64,000 nt of DNA, taken from contig OZ024740.1 in the NCBI GenBank assembly GCA_964016885.1, forward strand, positions 150,288,001 through 150,352,000, in the 5' to 3' direction. The position numbers were made by a program, and so were the translations under genes. This DNA is from Eledone cirrhosa (taxonomy: Eukaryota). Shown one piece after another: positions 39,495 through 52,849 of this stretch; the first letter of the stretch is position 1, and the number at the start of each line of letters is the position of its first letter. The notes below the pieces were generated by a model. That model was given only the letters and a program-made list of their open reading frames with translations. It made no database searches and was not told the DNA's origin.

Positions 39495-39593
39495 GTCCCG
39501 ACTGCAGTTTCGCCGATACGTGTGCAACAGTGCATTATGAAAATGCACCATCGTTGTGAGGCAAATCTGTTTTTGAAGAGACACCTCAGGAGA
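39495..39593 (-). ncRNA. Degenerate hammerhead-like motif with expanded stem II
   Basis: tctc-CTGAGGT-gtc...ggc-GAAA-CTGCAG-TC-ggga, followed by aataaa; A9 is mutated. Confidence 0.4.
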
Positions 39594-40281
39594 AAGGATT
39601 GTTTCCTTGATGGAGTTAAAGACTCACATTAATCCCCTATAATTTAATGAGCTCAAGGAATAGATTCCGGGCTCTTTATAAACCAGTATATAGAGAGAAG
39701 TACACATAGAGGTATGTGTTTAATGATAGGGGATAGAAAACCACCAGAGTGATGAACATATTGTCTACGAAAGGCGAATACAGATCAATTAAAAGAATAA
39801 ATTAAAGTGTACTAACCAACCAATAATAGCTATTACACCTGGGCATGCTCAAATTAGAGTATGTTTCGCCACAAAAAGTGAAGATTCTATATTGTAGAGG
39901 GATTGTCAACAGGTGGACTACAATATGGTCGACACTTCTTAAAATATATCAGATAACTAAAAAAACGCACATGGTGTTAAGAGAAGACACGCGTGTTATA
40001 CAGCCCAAGGTGGTGTGAAAGGACCAAAAGACCGCTAACAACAGTAGCTCAGAACCATTCAACTTAAGAAGCTCTACTTACATATAGAAATGAATTAGGG
40101 GCCAATATATCAAATTAAAAAACGGAGTTAAAAACTCACGTTAATCCCCTATAATTTAATGTGCTCAAGGAATAGATTCGGCGCTTGTCGCACCGCAGAC
40201 AATATGTTCATCCCTCTGGTGGTTTTCTATCCCCTATGATTAAACACACACCTCTATGTGTACTTCTCTCTATATACTGAT

Positions 40282-40321
<40 letters not shown>

Positions 40322-40550
40322 ATAATAATAAATATATATATATATATATCATTCCAAAATCTTGAATGACATATATATGTATATGTGTATATATATAAGA
40401 AAGAATGAGAAATAAAATAGATTAAGGGGACGAGCGGGATAGTATTGGAAAAAATGTCTTTAGATAAAAATAATAGGTCCATTCAAGTTGACATCTCTTG
40501 CAAAACTGTTGGTGCTGGCGTTTTGTGTATGATTTCTATATATATATATA

Positions 40551-40619
<69 letters not shown>

Positions 40620-40789
40620 ATAAATGTACAATAGAACATATAAAACTTTACCAGGAGATAATCTGTATAGGATGTAAGAACACATAGTTCATTACAGTAT
40701 CATATTGAAATTTAACAAAAATTTTAAATATAGATACTTGATAAAAATTATATATATTTTATATAAAATATAAAATATATATAATTTTT

Positions 40790-41600
40790 ATCAGTTATTG
40801 AAGAGACTACAATTTCAGACAGTCTACTTTGTTTGCCAATATCTGTGCTTCATATCTTGCTTCAAGTGTTTGTTTGAAGTCACATTTAAAAATCTCGAAG
40901 TATATTTTAAATGTAATCACACCCATCTACGATTTGCTGGCAAATGTGTATTTGACATATACTTCAAAATTAGTACTCTTTTCATACCTTCAAAGTCTTC
41001 ATTCGATCTTCCCTTCTGGATGTTGATGGTGAAAAAAAGGTGTATAATCTGTGAAGATAAGCCAAAATAACTGACAACTTCATTAAAGAATGAGTCAGCA
41101 ATCTCCACAGGGATGCCCGGTTTTTATTCTTAAGTCTGGGCTTAATTATTATGCAGTGATCAGACATTTTGCTGGCAATGTTATAGGATTGCTCTCTGCT
41201 ATCAAAGTTTTAGTTTCTGCCGCATATGATTCTTAACATATTTTGCCATCAACTGAATAATTTCCTCTTCACAGATTATTGGTGATAAATATAATTGCTT
41301 AGCACTCCCAAGGTTGCTAAATCCTTTCTAGTGTTTCATGAAAAATGAATCAAATTGCGCAATAAATTCCATAATTCCTAAAAAAGAATTCTCACTGCAT
41401 TTAGATCTTATGATCTCATCACTACCTATAAATGTTATGCCGCTTTCAATGAGAATTATTGTCAGAGCTACACCATTCAGTCGACTATTTCTTGTTTCTC
41501 TCTCAACATAAAAAAGAAGGGATCTTCGCATATTTTTCTTATATCCTCTTCACATTTGTCAACACATAATCTTCTAAGATAAGCAGTAAATATTGGATGT
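40790..41600 (-). mobile_element. Highly decayed hAT(Tip100/ZMYM1-like) transposase relic
   Basis: Fragments such as GITFIGSDE..ENSFLGIMEFIAQFDSFFMKH resemble the FRGH.E..N.GNFL..LA.FD..L..H segment. Confidence 0.4.
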
Positions 41601-41637
41601 TTGTTACTGTTGTCAACATGTGTATTTATATACAGAC

Positions 41638-41709
<72 letters not shown>

Positions 41710-41773
41710 ATATATATACATAAATAAGACCTTTATTGCTCTAACCAGTCTACTCCCTTTCAACAACTACCCA

Positions 41774-41812
<39 letters not shown>

Positions 41813-41815
41813 TAT

Positions 41816-41948
<133 letters not shown>

Positions 41949-41980
41949 CATATAAGCAAGTAAGTGTTGGTAAAATCCAG

Positions 41981-42045
41981 TACTACAGTATGCCTGATGA
42001 GGTCATAGCCATTCAATGGCTATCATCGAAATATATATAGCAGTA
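41981..42045 (+). ncRNA. Type I hammerhead ribozyme motif (canonical core)
   Basis: tgc-CTGATGA-GGTcATAGCCAT tca ATGGCTATcATC-GAAA-TATATA-TA-gcagta, then aataaa; lies between (AT)n tracts. Confidence 0.8.
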
Positions 42046-42109
42046 AATAAAGGATTATGAGTTCATGCAATTGACTTATACATACACATATATATATATA
42101 CATACATAT

Positions 42110-42179
<70 letters not shown>

Positions 42180-42310
42180 GTGAGGTTTTTTTTACAAAAT
42201 GAAAAATAACCGAGGTGTCCTACACGAGTGGAAGTATAAAGAAAAAGGGATGAAATCGAAAATGCAACTGAAGTCTTATTTTTTAAAAAAATATATATAT
42301 TTATTTGGTT

Positions 42311-42348
42311 CCTTTACCGGTTTCGCAGTTCTTCTGCTTTTCAAAAGG
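42311..42348 (-). ncRNA. Minimal hammerhead motif, U3-A8 variant (left arm)
   Basis: Exact reverse complement of 42424-42461. Confidence 0.7.
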
Positions 42349-42423
42349 TGAGTTGAGATGGAGGGACTGTGGTTTTTCTCACATCAGATGTGAGAAAAAC
42401 CACAGACCCTCCATCTCAACTCA

Positions 42424-42461
42424 CCTTTTGAAAAGCAGAAGAACTGCGAAACCGGTAAAGG
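42424..42461 (+). ncRNA. Minimal hammerhead motif, U3-A8 variant (right arm)
   Basis: CCTT-TTGAAAA-GCAG aagaa CTGC-GAAA-CCGG-TA-AAGG. Confidence 0.72.
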
Positions 42462-42530
42462 AACCAAATAAATATATATATTTAAAAAAAAAATAAGACT
42501 TCAGTTGCATTTTCGAGTTCATCCCTTTTT

Positions 42531-42567
<37 letters not shown>

Positions 42568-42825
42568 CATATATATATATATATATATCGACAGTCGATC
42601 GACTTTCGTCAAATGAACCGAGGATACAATGTTTCCATTGGTCTTTCCAATTGCTAATACTATCTATCGGCCGCGAAGGAGCAACGTGAAATAAAGTGTC
42701 TTGCTCAAGGACATAATGCATCACCCGGTCCGGGAATGGAAACCTCACTATTGCGAAACCGATTCTCTAAGCACTCAGCCACGCGCCTTCACACACACAC
42801 GCACGCACACACACACGCACGCACG

Positions 42826-42940
<115 letters not shown>

Positions 42941-42949
42941 ACGCGCGCG

Positions 42950-43009
<60 letters not shown>

Positions 43010-43402
43010 CATATACGCATGTAAGACGGTCAAATACATAAATCCGAATGTAAATATACTTTAAACAAACGCAAAGTAATTATTGAAGGCCCCATACGTA
43101 AGTAATCCACTCAGAAAACAAAGCCAACCATAAACAAGACATCTACTGGATAAGACCATCGAATTCCAAACTCGTAAATAATACATTCGTAAAAACAAAG
43201 CCAATCATGACCTAAATTTCTATACTAGAACTAAGACTTCCTCTATAATCCCCACATCAGACATTATCCATGTTTTCTAACCTCTAACCTGCATTAAATT
43301 TGAATACGGGGTAATCGGACTTTTTCAAGCCTTCAAATTACGCAGTTTGTGTATAAGAATAGGAATTAAACAATATCTATCTATCTATCTGTCTGTATGT
43401 GT

Positions 43403-43457
<55 letters not shown>

Positions 43458-43726
43458 AGAGAGAGAGAGAGAGTGCGCAATGCACAAACATATATTTATT
43501 TATTCATACATATGTATTTATGCAGAGATATGTATCATCTTTGGACAATAAAAACAAAAAATCTTATCTGTCTTCTACATAACTGTCTACCGAAATATCT
43601 ATGTATTTATGTACCTACCTATCTATTTTTATCTATATATGTATCTAAGTATACATATATGCAACTATCTATGAATGTATGTATCTATCTCTGCATGTAC
43701 GTATCTATCCACCTATATATGTATCT

Positions 43727-43850
<124 letters not shown>

Positions 43851-44056
43851 GCCTGAAGCGTGGAACATCGCTGGTAAGCTTTTTTTGTAAATTTCTATAA
43901 AAAAAACCGAACTAATTGTTTGAAAAAACATATCATTTTGTAGATAACCCCCAAGCTGAATTGTCAGCTGGGTGGTAATCCCATTTTTGCCCCTTTAGGG
44001 GCGAAAATTTAATTTAAAAATTGTTTTAAAAAATCAAATTTTGCCAACTATAAAAC

Positions 44057-46101
44057 ATGAATAGCTCGGAAAGAACGCTAGAGAACGTCGACAGAGAGAA
44101 GAGAGGTAGAGAGGCAGATATTAACGTTATATCTGCTTCTGCTACTATAGACGTCGTTATGGATACGAATGTCAACAAAGAGAAAAAAATAATATTACCA
44201 TTTGAAGATTTTAAAATTTCTACCGTCGAAGCGGAGAAAAATAACACACAGGAAAACATAGGAATTAAACCTATTAATATGAAAAAGACAACAACAACAA
44301 CATGAAAAAGACAACAACAACAACAACTCCATAGATACATCTACACATAAAGTTTCACCTCGTCAAGAAATTGCGATTTCCAACACCGAGGCTAACAACG
44401 ATAACAACAACAACAACAACAACAACAGCAATACCACAAAAAAAAATGTCTTTCGCTGAAACAGTGAACAAAAAACAAGATTTTATAAATCTTGACATCT
44501 CCAATGCAAGAGATATGCTCCAGCAAGGGAGAAAATTTGCAACTTTCGAAGACAAGGGTGGGTTTAGAATCAACTCACCCCTCGAAATAAAAGAAGAGGC
44601 AGTTCGAAGGACAGTGACTTTCAGGACTGTCTCCAACACAACGAGAAAGCCATTATTTGTGAGTCAAGGAGACATACAAGCCACCTTGAAGGAGACTCTA
44701 GCAAATGGTGACTTTCTTCAACGAGGAAAACAGTAAGGAAGTATTTCCGTACTGTTTAAAAGCGAAGCACTCGCCCAAAAACATTTTGTGACACCAATGG
44801 TGTCAAAAGCATTAATCTTTTCCCTAAAAGGACAATAAAAAAAAAAAAAAAAAAATATACCACCAAACATTAACATCTGGTGGATCTTGGCTGGCTTCGT
44901 TGAGCCAGAGACTGATGCTATTCTTTCAATACGAAAGTCTATTAGACAAAGGTGGGCGGGTACTGATTTGGAGATTCTGATGCAAATGAGGCCGGAGAGA
45001 ATCTCCAAAATACCCGAAAAAGTCGTCATCGACGACAACAACAAAATAAACATTTCGATGGAGGGGCGTAAATTTCATTGCTTTCGCTGTGGTAGCACGA
45101 CACACCTAAGGGCCTCCTGCCTATTACAAACACGACAACCAAAACAATACAAAAGAAAGCACTGTTACCAACACCAACACCAAAACAATCACCAGCACAA
45201 CAACAACAACTCACGAAACAAGCAAACACACCAAAACAAACAGCCACTCAACCAACAACAACAGAAAAAACACAGACAACACCCCTGAAGAACACAGCCC
45301 CACCCCATCCCACTCCATAAAACACTACCACAAACACACACACCGAAACACCACCACCACACAACATACTCCTACCCCACACTCCAGACGATGATTATTC
45401 ATTAACAGATGAGGCTGCTTCCCCTTCTTTAAGTGAAGAAGAAGGAGAGCCTCGGAAATCTAAAAAACAAAAAAAGAGACACCATAAAATCCCCAAAACT
45501 CCAATCACCAACACTAACACACAAACACAGACACAAACATCAACACAAACAACACCACAGTCATACATCCCCTACCAGCAAAACCAACACCAACACAACC
45601 CAAACACAAGCACCCACCATAAAAAGAAAACACCCGGACGAACAACAAACTAAAACAACACAACAAAAACACAAACAACAATACGCATACATCAACACAA
45701 ACAACAAGAGTTTGATGGAAGTCATCTCTCAAAACGCCAAGGTGGAGACGGAGGGCAAAACTTTCGTCAAAGCAGAATCGTCTACACACCTTAAACTTAT
45801 AAGGGTTTCCATGGAGACATATAGTGACCTGAAAAATAAATTTTCGCAGGACGTGGGCAACCCCTGCCAGAAACCCATCAACCGCGTCCTGTTAAAATGT
45901 TTACCCACCCACCCAACACCCCTCCAGCACCCAAATGGATATTTAACAACCCGATCTCTAGGAAACGAAAAGGTAAGTGCACCTTTTCATCATTTTTCTC
46001 CAACTCTTCTTCACCAACATGGCTGGTTTACGAGTTGGAAGCGTGAATGTGCGTGGCCTAGGGATGCCCTGGAAACAGGGCCAACTTTTAAACAACCTTA
46101 G
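44057..46101 (+). pseudogene. Tx1 ORF1 (gag-like, CCHC zinc knuckle), disrupted
   Basis: Several broken frames, one Cx2Cx4Hx4C knuckle, and low-complexity Q/H/T/K linkers. Confidence 0.7.
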
Positions 46102-49100
46102 GTCACACGGTATGGACGTGATAGCCATCACCAAGTCCAGGATCCACAACAGGCATCAACTAACCCCCATCTTCGACGACTTTGAGATCTACGCATCTCT
46201 CTGTCAGCCAGGAGGTGGAGGGGGAGTGGCTGTCATGTTTCGGAAGAACCTGGATGTCGAAGTACAACAAGTACACTTGGACCCGGAGGGTAGACTGGTA
46301 GTCCTAGACGTGAACAGTATTGGAGGTGGAGCCTTCAGACTGGTGGCCGTTTATGCCCCGACCGGGCAATCGCAATCACAGCTAGACTGCTTTAAGCGTC
46401 TAGAGTCTTTTCTGGGAACATCTCGCTCCTTACTTTTAGTGGGGGACTGGAATGGTATCCTAGATGCACGATGAAACTATGTGGGAGCATGTCCCAGTAG
46501 AGGGGGTGCAACAGCCTCAAGACTTTTATCGGCCAATTCCAACTGGCCGAAAGGTATCGACTGGATTTCCCGACTGCACCACAGTTGACGTGGGCAAACC
46601 GCAGCGGGACATCTAGATCGTATTTAGATAGGTTCTTCATTAGAGAAAGGGACAAGGAGATGTTAAGCTGTCCACGAATGCACATGGTTGCCTACTCAGA
46701 TCACAAATTAGGCATCTGCTTAGTCAACCGTGATAGAATACATAGACAGTGACCCGGATACTGGAAGCTGAACGTGTCGTTGCCGGCACGTAAAGCTTAC
46801 AGTGAACGGATAAGAATACTAGTCAAGCAACAGTTAACGGGAGCCATCGTCAACAATAGATGGTGGTACTCTCTCAAGAAAGCAATTAGAGTAGAATCTA
46901 TAGAGTTTAGCAGAGAGTTAGCCTTAGAGAAAAATAAAATAGAAACAGAACTAGTAGACTAAGTAGAAGAGGCGCTTAGGAGTGGCAACGCAGCTCGAGT
47001 GTTATCATTGAGAACGGCACTAGACCAGTTCTTCGACGTGAAACACGAAGGCTGCGTGGTCAGAAGCAAAACACGTCCTCTAGGAAACGAAGGAGCGAAA
47101 GCTGTCAGCTGGGCCCGAGTGGCGGAGGCAAAAAGTGGCAACACGTCCACGATTCGGTCTTTGAAAGACCAAAACGGAAGCGTGCTACTTGACCCCAAGC
47201 GAATGTGCGCGGCCTTTTAGCAGCACTTTGCGCGACTGTTTGAGCAGAACGACGGTGAGCCGAACGGAGCAATGGACTTTAGTTCATACCTCGACGGCTT
47301 TCCGCCTCTCTCGAGCATGGACGCCGAGTTCTGCGAAAGACCGATCACAGCACTGAGATACGGGACGCTCTGGGCCGCTGCGGGAAACGCAAGTCACCCG
47401 GTCTAGATGGTCTACCATATGAGTTTTACATAGGCATGCCGGACTTGTTCTCTGGCGTCCTCGAGGCCGTTACTGCAATTGGCAGCAGAACGGGAGAATT
47501 CCCAGTTCTGCAGGCAAGGGCGTAGTAACGCTGATCAGGATAGACGAGAACAAGGGGGACGAAATTAACAACTTCAAGCCCATAGCTCTGCTCAACACAG
47601 AGTTAAAGATTTTGGCCAAGGTGCTGGCGACGAGGTTGGAGCTTGTCGTCGAGAACCTGGTAGGGAAAGCGCAAACGTGTGCAATCCCGACCAGGTCCAT
47701 ACACGACAACCTCCACCTCATGCGATACATCATAGAGAGGGTGGGCAGTAAACCCGGCTTCGGTGGGGCTCTGATCAATTTGGATCAGTCTAAGGCATTC
47801 ATAAGGGTTGACCATCGATATCTAGAAGCGGTTCTCAAGGCGGCCGGCTTCGGTCCCGTTTTCAGAGGCTGGATCGAGGCGATGCACACCAACATCTGCT
47901 CGAGGGTCAAGGTGAACGGCTACCTATCGGAGCCGTTCGCAATCACGCGTTCCATTCGAAAGGGATGCCTTCTCTCCTCCATTCTGTATGTATTGACTCT
48001 AGAGCCACTACTGCGGAAATTGGAGATGTTGCAAGGCATCCCTCTAGAACCGGGATTGCACAAAGCAGCGTCGGCTTATGCCGACGACATGACGGTAATG
48101 GTGTCGAGCACCTCGGAAATCGGGGTGATCGGCAACTTACTAAAAGAATACGAAACGCTGACGGGAGCAATACTGAACCCGGACAAGTCTGTCGGTTTAC
48201 AACTCGGTACGTGGAGAGGCAAACCGATGACGTCCGACAGCGTCGTTGGACGCTTGACGGACGGACCGGTGAAATTGCTCGGGGTTTGGTTCGGTCCAGA
48301 CCTCCAGGTGGAGAAAAACTGGAACGAGGTCACGGCCAAGGTGTTTGTGCTCACCCAGAAGTGGGAAGAGTGCAAACTGTCCTTGAAAGGTCGAGCGGAG
48401 GTGGCGAACACTTTCATAGCGTCCGTCATCTACTACCGCTTGACTGTCGTGCCTTGTCCCCGTGAACACCTCGTCAAGATGGAACGCATGCTCTTCCAGT
48501 TTCTGTGGAAGAAGCAGGCTTCGCTGGTGAGGAGATCCGTCTGCTGTCAGCACCCTTCCAATGTAGGGCTGGGAATGCCGTGGCTGATGATGCGCAAACA
48601 TGCGCTGAGGCTGCGGCATCTCCAGGTATTCCTCACCGACCCTCAACCGGTGTGGGCACCGTTTGTGAGACAGGCTTTCCCACAGCTCGTCTCGCTGACG
48701 GAGCTGTAGTCCTGGGTCCATAAAAGACCGAAAACGATGGGCGCCTGGCACATTGAATGCGCTCAGGAGCTCACAGTCCTCTGGCAAGCGGGCGCATCAA
48801 TCAGTGGAGAATCCACTTCGACATTCTATAGAGGGATTGTAGGTTACAAGGGTGACAACGTACTCGGAGAGACTCTGGGCGTCGAAGACGATGAGCTCAC
48901 CAGTCTGTTTGGTAGGACTTTCCGCCTGGGACCTATGGACAACTTCCAGAGATCCCTAGCCTGGCAGTGCTACCGAGGAGCTCTACCGGTTCGTGACAAG
49001 ATCTACAGGCACGGACGCCCCAGCAGGGATCCTTCCAAGAGGACGTGTCCAAGATGCGCGCAGGACATTGAAACAGTCCTGCACGCAATTGTACACTGCC

Positions 49101-49462
49101 CGCGCGTAACCGACCTGTGGAACTATGCAGAACAACTGCTGTCGCGTATGGGACAAATCCAGTTGACTGCCGAGTCCATAGTAAGGATCAAATCGCCAGC
49201 CTCTTTCAAAAACGAAAGAGAGGCGGTTTTCCTCTGTACAGTGGCTATGGTGACAGAAGTTATATGGTGGACGAGATTGAGAGGACTGAGGACAGATGCC
49301 TTTCTCTCCGGACAACAATTGATTCCCTTCTTTAAGTATCACTTTAGAAGGTGAATCAGGGTGGAGACAGAGGCACTGCACCCCAGTAAATTTACTGAAA
49401 GGTGGGTGAATGTGGCAAAAATGGCCCGAGTGATTGGGTCTTCTCTGTTTATAAGCCTGTAG
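46019..49462 (+). pseudogene. Tx1 ORF2 (APE endonuclease + reverse transcriptase + CCHC), disrupted
   Basis: MAGLRVGSVNVRGL, VYAP, GDWN, YLDR, SDH, KSPGLDG, LDQSKAF, KGCLLS, AYADD, KLLGV and CPRC..ETVLHAIVHC; internal stops and frameshifts. Confidence 0.93.
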
Positions 49463-50172
49463 GTTGAAGAAGAGAGCAAAAGGAAGAAAGGAGCACTTGC
49501 ACAGCACGCTCCTGGAGTTGAGGGTTGTTCTATCGACGGGATATTAAACAACCCATTTGTGGCGTTTGCCCCCTATTGGGGATTTCGATTGTTGTAATTG
49601 TTTGTTTTATATTTTTTTACAAGACTGTATGTAAAATCCCCGGCATGTCTTTACATTTTCCCCCTTTCTTGTGCGCCCTTGTGGCAAATAAAGAAATCTA
49701 TCTATCTATCTATGCATTTATGTACTATGTATGTGTCTATGTATCAATCCATCAACGTCTATATCTACCTAGCTATATGTTTGTCTGTCTGTCTGTCTAT
49801 ATATGTATCTAACTACATACCTGTCTATCTATCTGTTTGTATGACTGTATTTCTATAGTTATATGTCTAATTACCAATGTACCTATCTTTGGACAAGAAC
49901 AATAACAACAAACGGAAAAAATGAAACGAAATTTCATTTCCCACTCTTAGTACGGCTGTTACTTAAATATAAGTACGTACACGTACATACATATATGTAT
50001 ACAGACGTACAGTAGTATGTATATATACATACATACATGCACATATATATATATATGTACGTATGGATTCACCGAACATTTATTATAATGCTCGGTGTGT
50101 TTGTAAACAAACATCCCGTATTAAGCCGTAGTGTCTAGCAACCATCGTTGCTCATTTGTTCAACACTGACAA

Positions 50173-50229
50173 AAGAACGCTGTACTAGTTTCAAGCTTAT
50201 TAGCTATCGTCAGCAACGTATACCTTCCT
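50173..50229 (-). ncRNA. Hammerhead motif, retrozyme unit copy
   Basis: acgttg-CTGACGA..GAAA-CTAG-TA-cagcgt on the minus strand. Confidence 0.8.
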
Positions 50230-50602
50230 GCCAGATTGTTGAACGTATATACTTACCTTATGCATATTAACGGCTGAGTAGCCCAATTTGCATATCGAGT
50301 GGGTTAATCGGCCGGGTGCACCGAAAACGATAAACGGAAAAAATGAAACGAAATTTCATTTCCCACTCTTAGTACGGCTGTTACTTAAATATAAGTATGT
50401 ACACGTACATACATATATGTATACAGACGTACAGTAGTATGTATATATATATATACATACATGCACATATATATATATATATATATGTACGTATGGATTC
50501 ACCGAACATTTATTATAATGCTCGCTGTGTTTGTTAACAAACATCCCGTATTAAGCCGTAGTGTCTAGCAACCATCGTTGCTCGATTGTTCAACACTGAC
50601 AA

Positions 50603-50659
50603 AGGAACGCTGTACTAGTATCAAGCTTATTAGCTATCGTCAGCAACGTATACCTTCCT
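50603..50659 (-). ncRNA. Hammerhead motif, retrozyme unit copy with core mutation (GAAA>GATA)
   Basis: Same as the other copies except one core base; probably inactive. Confidence 0.65.
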
Positions 50660-51027
50660 GCCAGATTGTTGAACGTATATACTTACCTTATGCATATTAA
50701 CGGCTGAGTAGCTTAATACGGGATGTTTGTTTACAAACACATCGAGCATTATAATAAATGTTCGGTGAATCCATACGTACATATATATATGTGTGCATGT
50801 ATGTATATATATATACATACTACTGTACGTCTGTATACATATATGTATGTACGTGTACATACTTATATTTAAGTAACAGCCGTACTAAGAGTGGGAAATG
50901 AAATTTCGTTTCATTTTTCCCGTTTATCGTTTTCGGTGCACCCGGCCGATTAACCCACTCGATATGCAAATTGGGCTACTCAGCCGTTAATATGCATAAG
51001 GTAAGTATATACGTTCAACAATCTGGC

Positions 51028-51084
51028 AGGAAGGTATACGTTGCTGACGATAGCTAATAAGCTTGAAACTAGTACAGCGTTCCT
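51028..51084 (+). ncRNA. Hammerhead motif, retrozyme unit copy
   Basis: CTGACGA at 51044-51050, GAAA at 51065-51068, stem I ACGTTG/CAGCGT extended by AGGA/TCCT. Confidence 0.82.
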
Positions 51085-52011
51085 TTGTCAGTGTTGAACA
51101 AACGAGCAACGATGGTTGCTAGACACTACGGCTTAATACGGGATGTTTGTTTACAAACACACCGAGCATTATAATAAATGTTCGGTGAATCCATACGTAC
51201 ATATATATATATGTGTGTATGTATATATATATATACATACTACTGTACGCCTGTATACATATATGTATGTACGTGTACATACTAATAACAACAAAGCTAA
51301 CCAAAAACAGACAGATACAACGGTAGGACAAAGTTAACGTAAGTTAATGGATAGAAGTTTGATGTTTACAGAAAATATGGAAGAAAATTCTTGTAATATA
51401 TTTAACTGTATGTAAAATGAATTATTGTGAGGGAAACTTGAAGGTTGAAGCATCTTTACATTGAAAGTTTTAATCAAGAAAACAAATTGAATATATTTTA
51501 ACCATAAACTCTGTAATTTTGACAGGTACTATACTAGTAAATATAAATATCTAATCTGAAGAGAATGATGGATTCACTCACAGATAGATGAGCCTTTGTA
51601 CTCTAAACTTGTATAAGGAAGAAAAAAAAGGAAAAACGATATATTGCATATAAACCTTGTTGCGCTTACATACATTATACGTGTTTAAATCTTAGGATTT
51701 AGGCCTCGTTTTGATTTAAAAAAACAAAACATTTATGTTTGAGTCAACTAATAAAAACGAAAAACTAAATGTAAGCTAATGCAGCATCAAACTTTCAAAT
51801 CCTTTGGAGAAATGGGTGGGAAAAACAGAGAGGTAGAGAGAAAGAGTCAGAGAAGAGAGAGAGAGAGACAGAGATTTACAACAATATTTCAGTAGTTAAT
51901 GTTCACCTCCACCGCCAGATAGGTATGCATACTTCATATTTCAAAATAATTTTCACAAAAATAAAAGCATTTGTTAATAACGTATTTGTTGAAGTTATTT
52001 TAATAGATTTG

Positions 52012-52203
52012 GGTGGTGGATTGGCAGTATCTGTAGAAGGTCGGACGCCATGCTTTGCAGCATAGAGTTACGGCCTCTTATGATCTGAGTCCAAATTCCG
52101 CCGAGGTTAACTTTGCCTTTCATCCTTACAGGGTCAATAAAATAAAGTACCAGTACTGTACTGGGTAATTGCTGGGCTTGTGCCAAAAGTCGAAACAGTT
52201 ATT
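52012..52203 (+). mobile_element. SINE family A, full length
   Basis: ggtggattggcagtatctgtag head through the gaaacagttatt tail. Confidence 0.9.
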
Positions 52204-52849
52204 TTAATAGATTTTAAAATTCAACACTTACAATATACTATCATATAAGATTGCAGCAAAATAACAAGTTACTTACATTTTGAAAAATTCTGTAACGATT
52301 TTGTTTTCGCAACAATAACAAGCTACCTTTTTTAAACACTCAGACGGAAATCAAGGTTTCCTTACTTCGGGACCCTCATTGGGGGCTCTGGATATGCAAC
52401 CTTTGTGCGTCCATCCCACGCCTCTTTTTGCATCATGAAATGGACTACAATATATTTTTCGAACGGTCCCTCAACGTTCCTTGTCAACCCATGCGAAGGA
52501 CGATGAGGTATAGTTCTTCCTTGTTTTCCTCATTATATTGCAGTTTCAGTGGTCTTAGTGGCGCCAGTCACCAATCTGGTATTTTGTCAAACCCGTGAAG
52601 ACTAGGCTTTTTTTGAGGAGGCTTTTACTCGACTCTTCGTAGCTACGTTTGTGAAAGTTTTTAGGGAGCTACAGGTGTCACCCCTTGCTCTATATCCCTA
52701 GTAGTTTACCGTTGTTGGTCCAGCGTTGCTTATTCGTCCGGCAGATGCTCGCCTATATCGCAACTAGCCAGCATATCTGGTGGCCGTATCGTTTTCCGCC
52801 ACTTGTGACCCGTTCTCTAGCAGAATAGCTCTGACGCGATGTTAAGGCC

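Larger units (their letters stand above)
42235..42537. repeat. About 300-bp palindrome with one hammerhead motif in each arm
   Basis: Centre ctcacatc-a-gatgtgag at 42386; arms near-identical. Confidence 0.93.
43851..49700 (+). mobile_element. Near-full-length Tx1/L1-clade LINE (about 5.85 kb), inactive
   Basis: ORF1 remnants with knuckle CFRCGSTTHLRASC; ORF2 with APE, RT and CCHC; 3' aataaagaaa abutting (TCTA)n. Confidence 0.92.
49913..51283. mobile_element. Retrozyme-like element, locus B: about 1.9 units on minus joined to about 1.35 units on plus, with a 12-bp TSD
   Basis: Unit period 420-430 bp, inversion junction at about 50711, TSD aataacaacaaa at 49901-49912 and 51284-51295. Confidence 0.88.

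Noticed and set aside
47965-49507. Alternative-frame and antisense ORFs over Tx1 ORF2
   Set aside because: Shadow ORFs of a GC-richer coding region with no motifs of their own.
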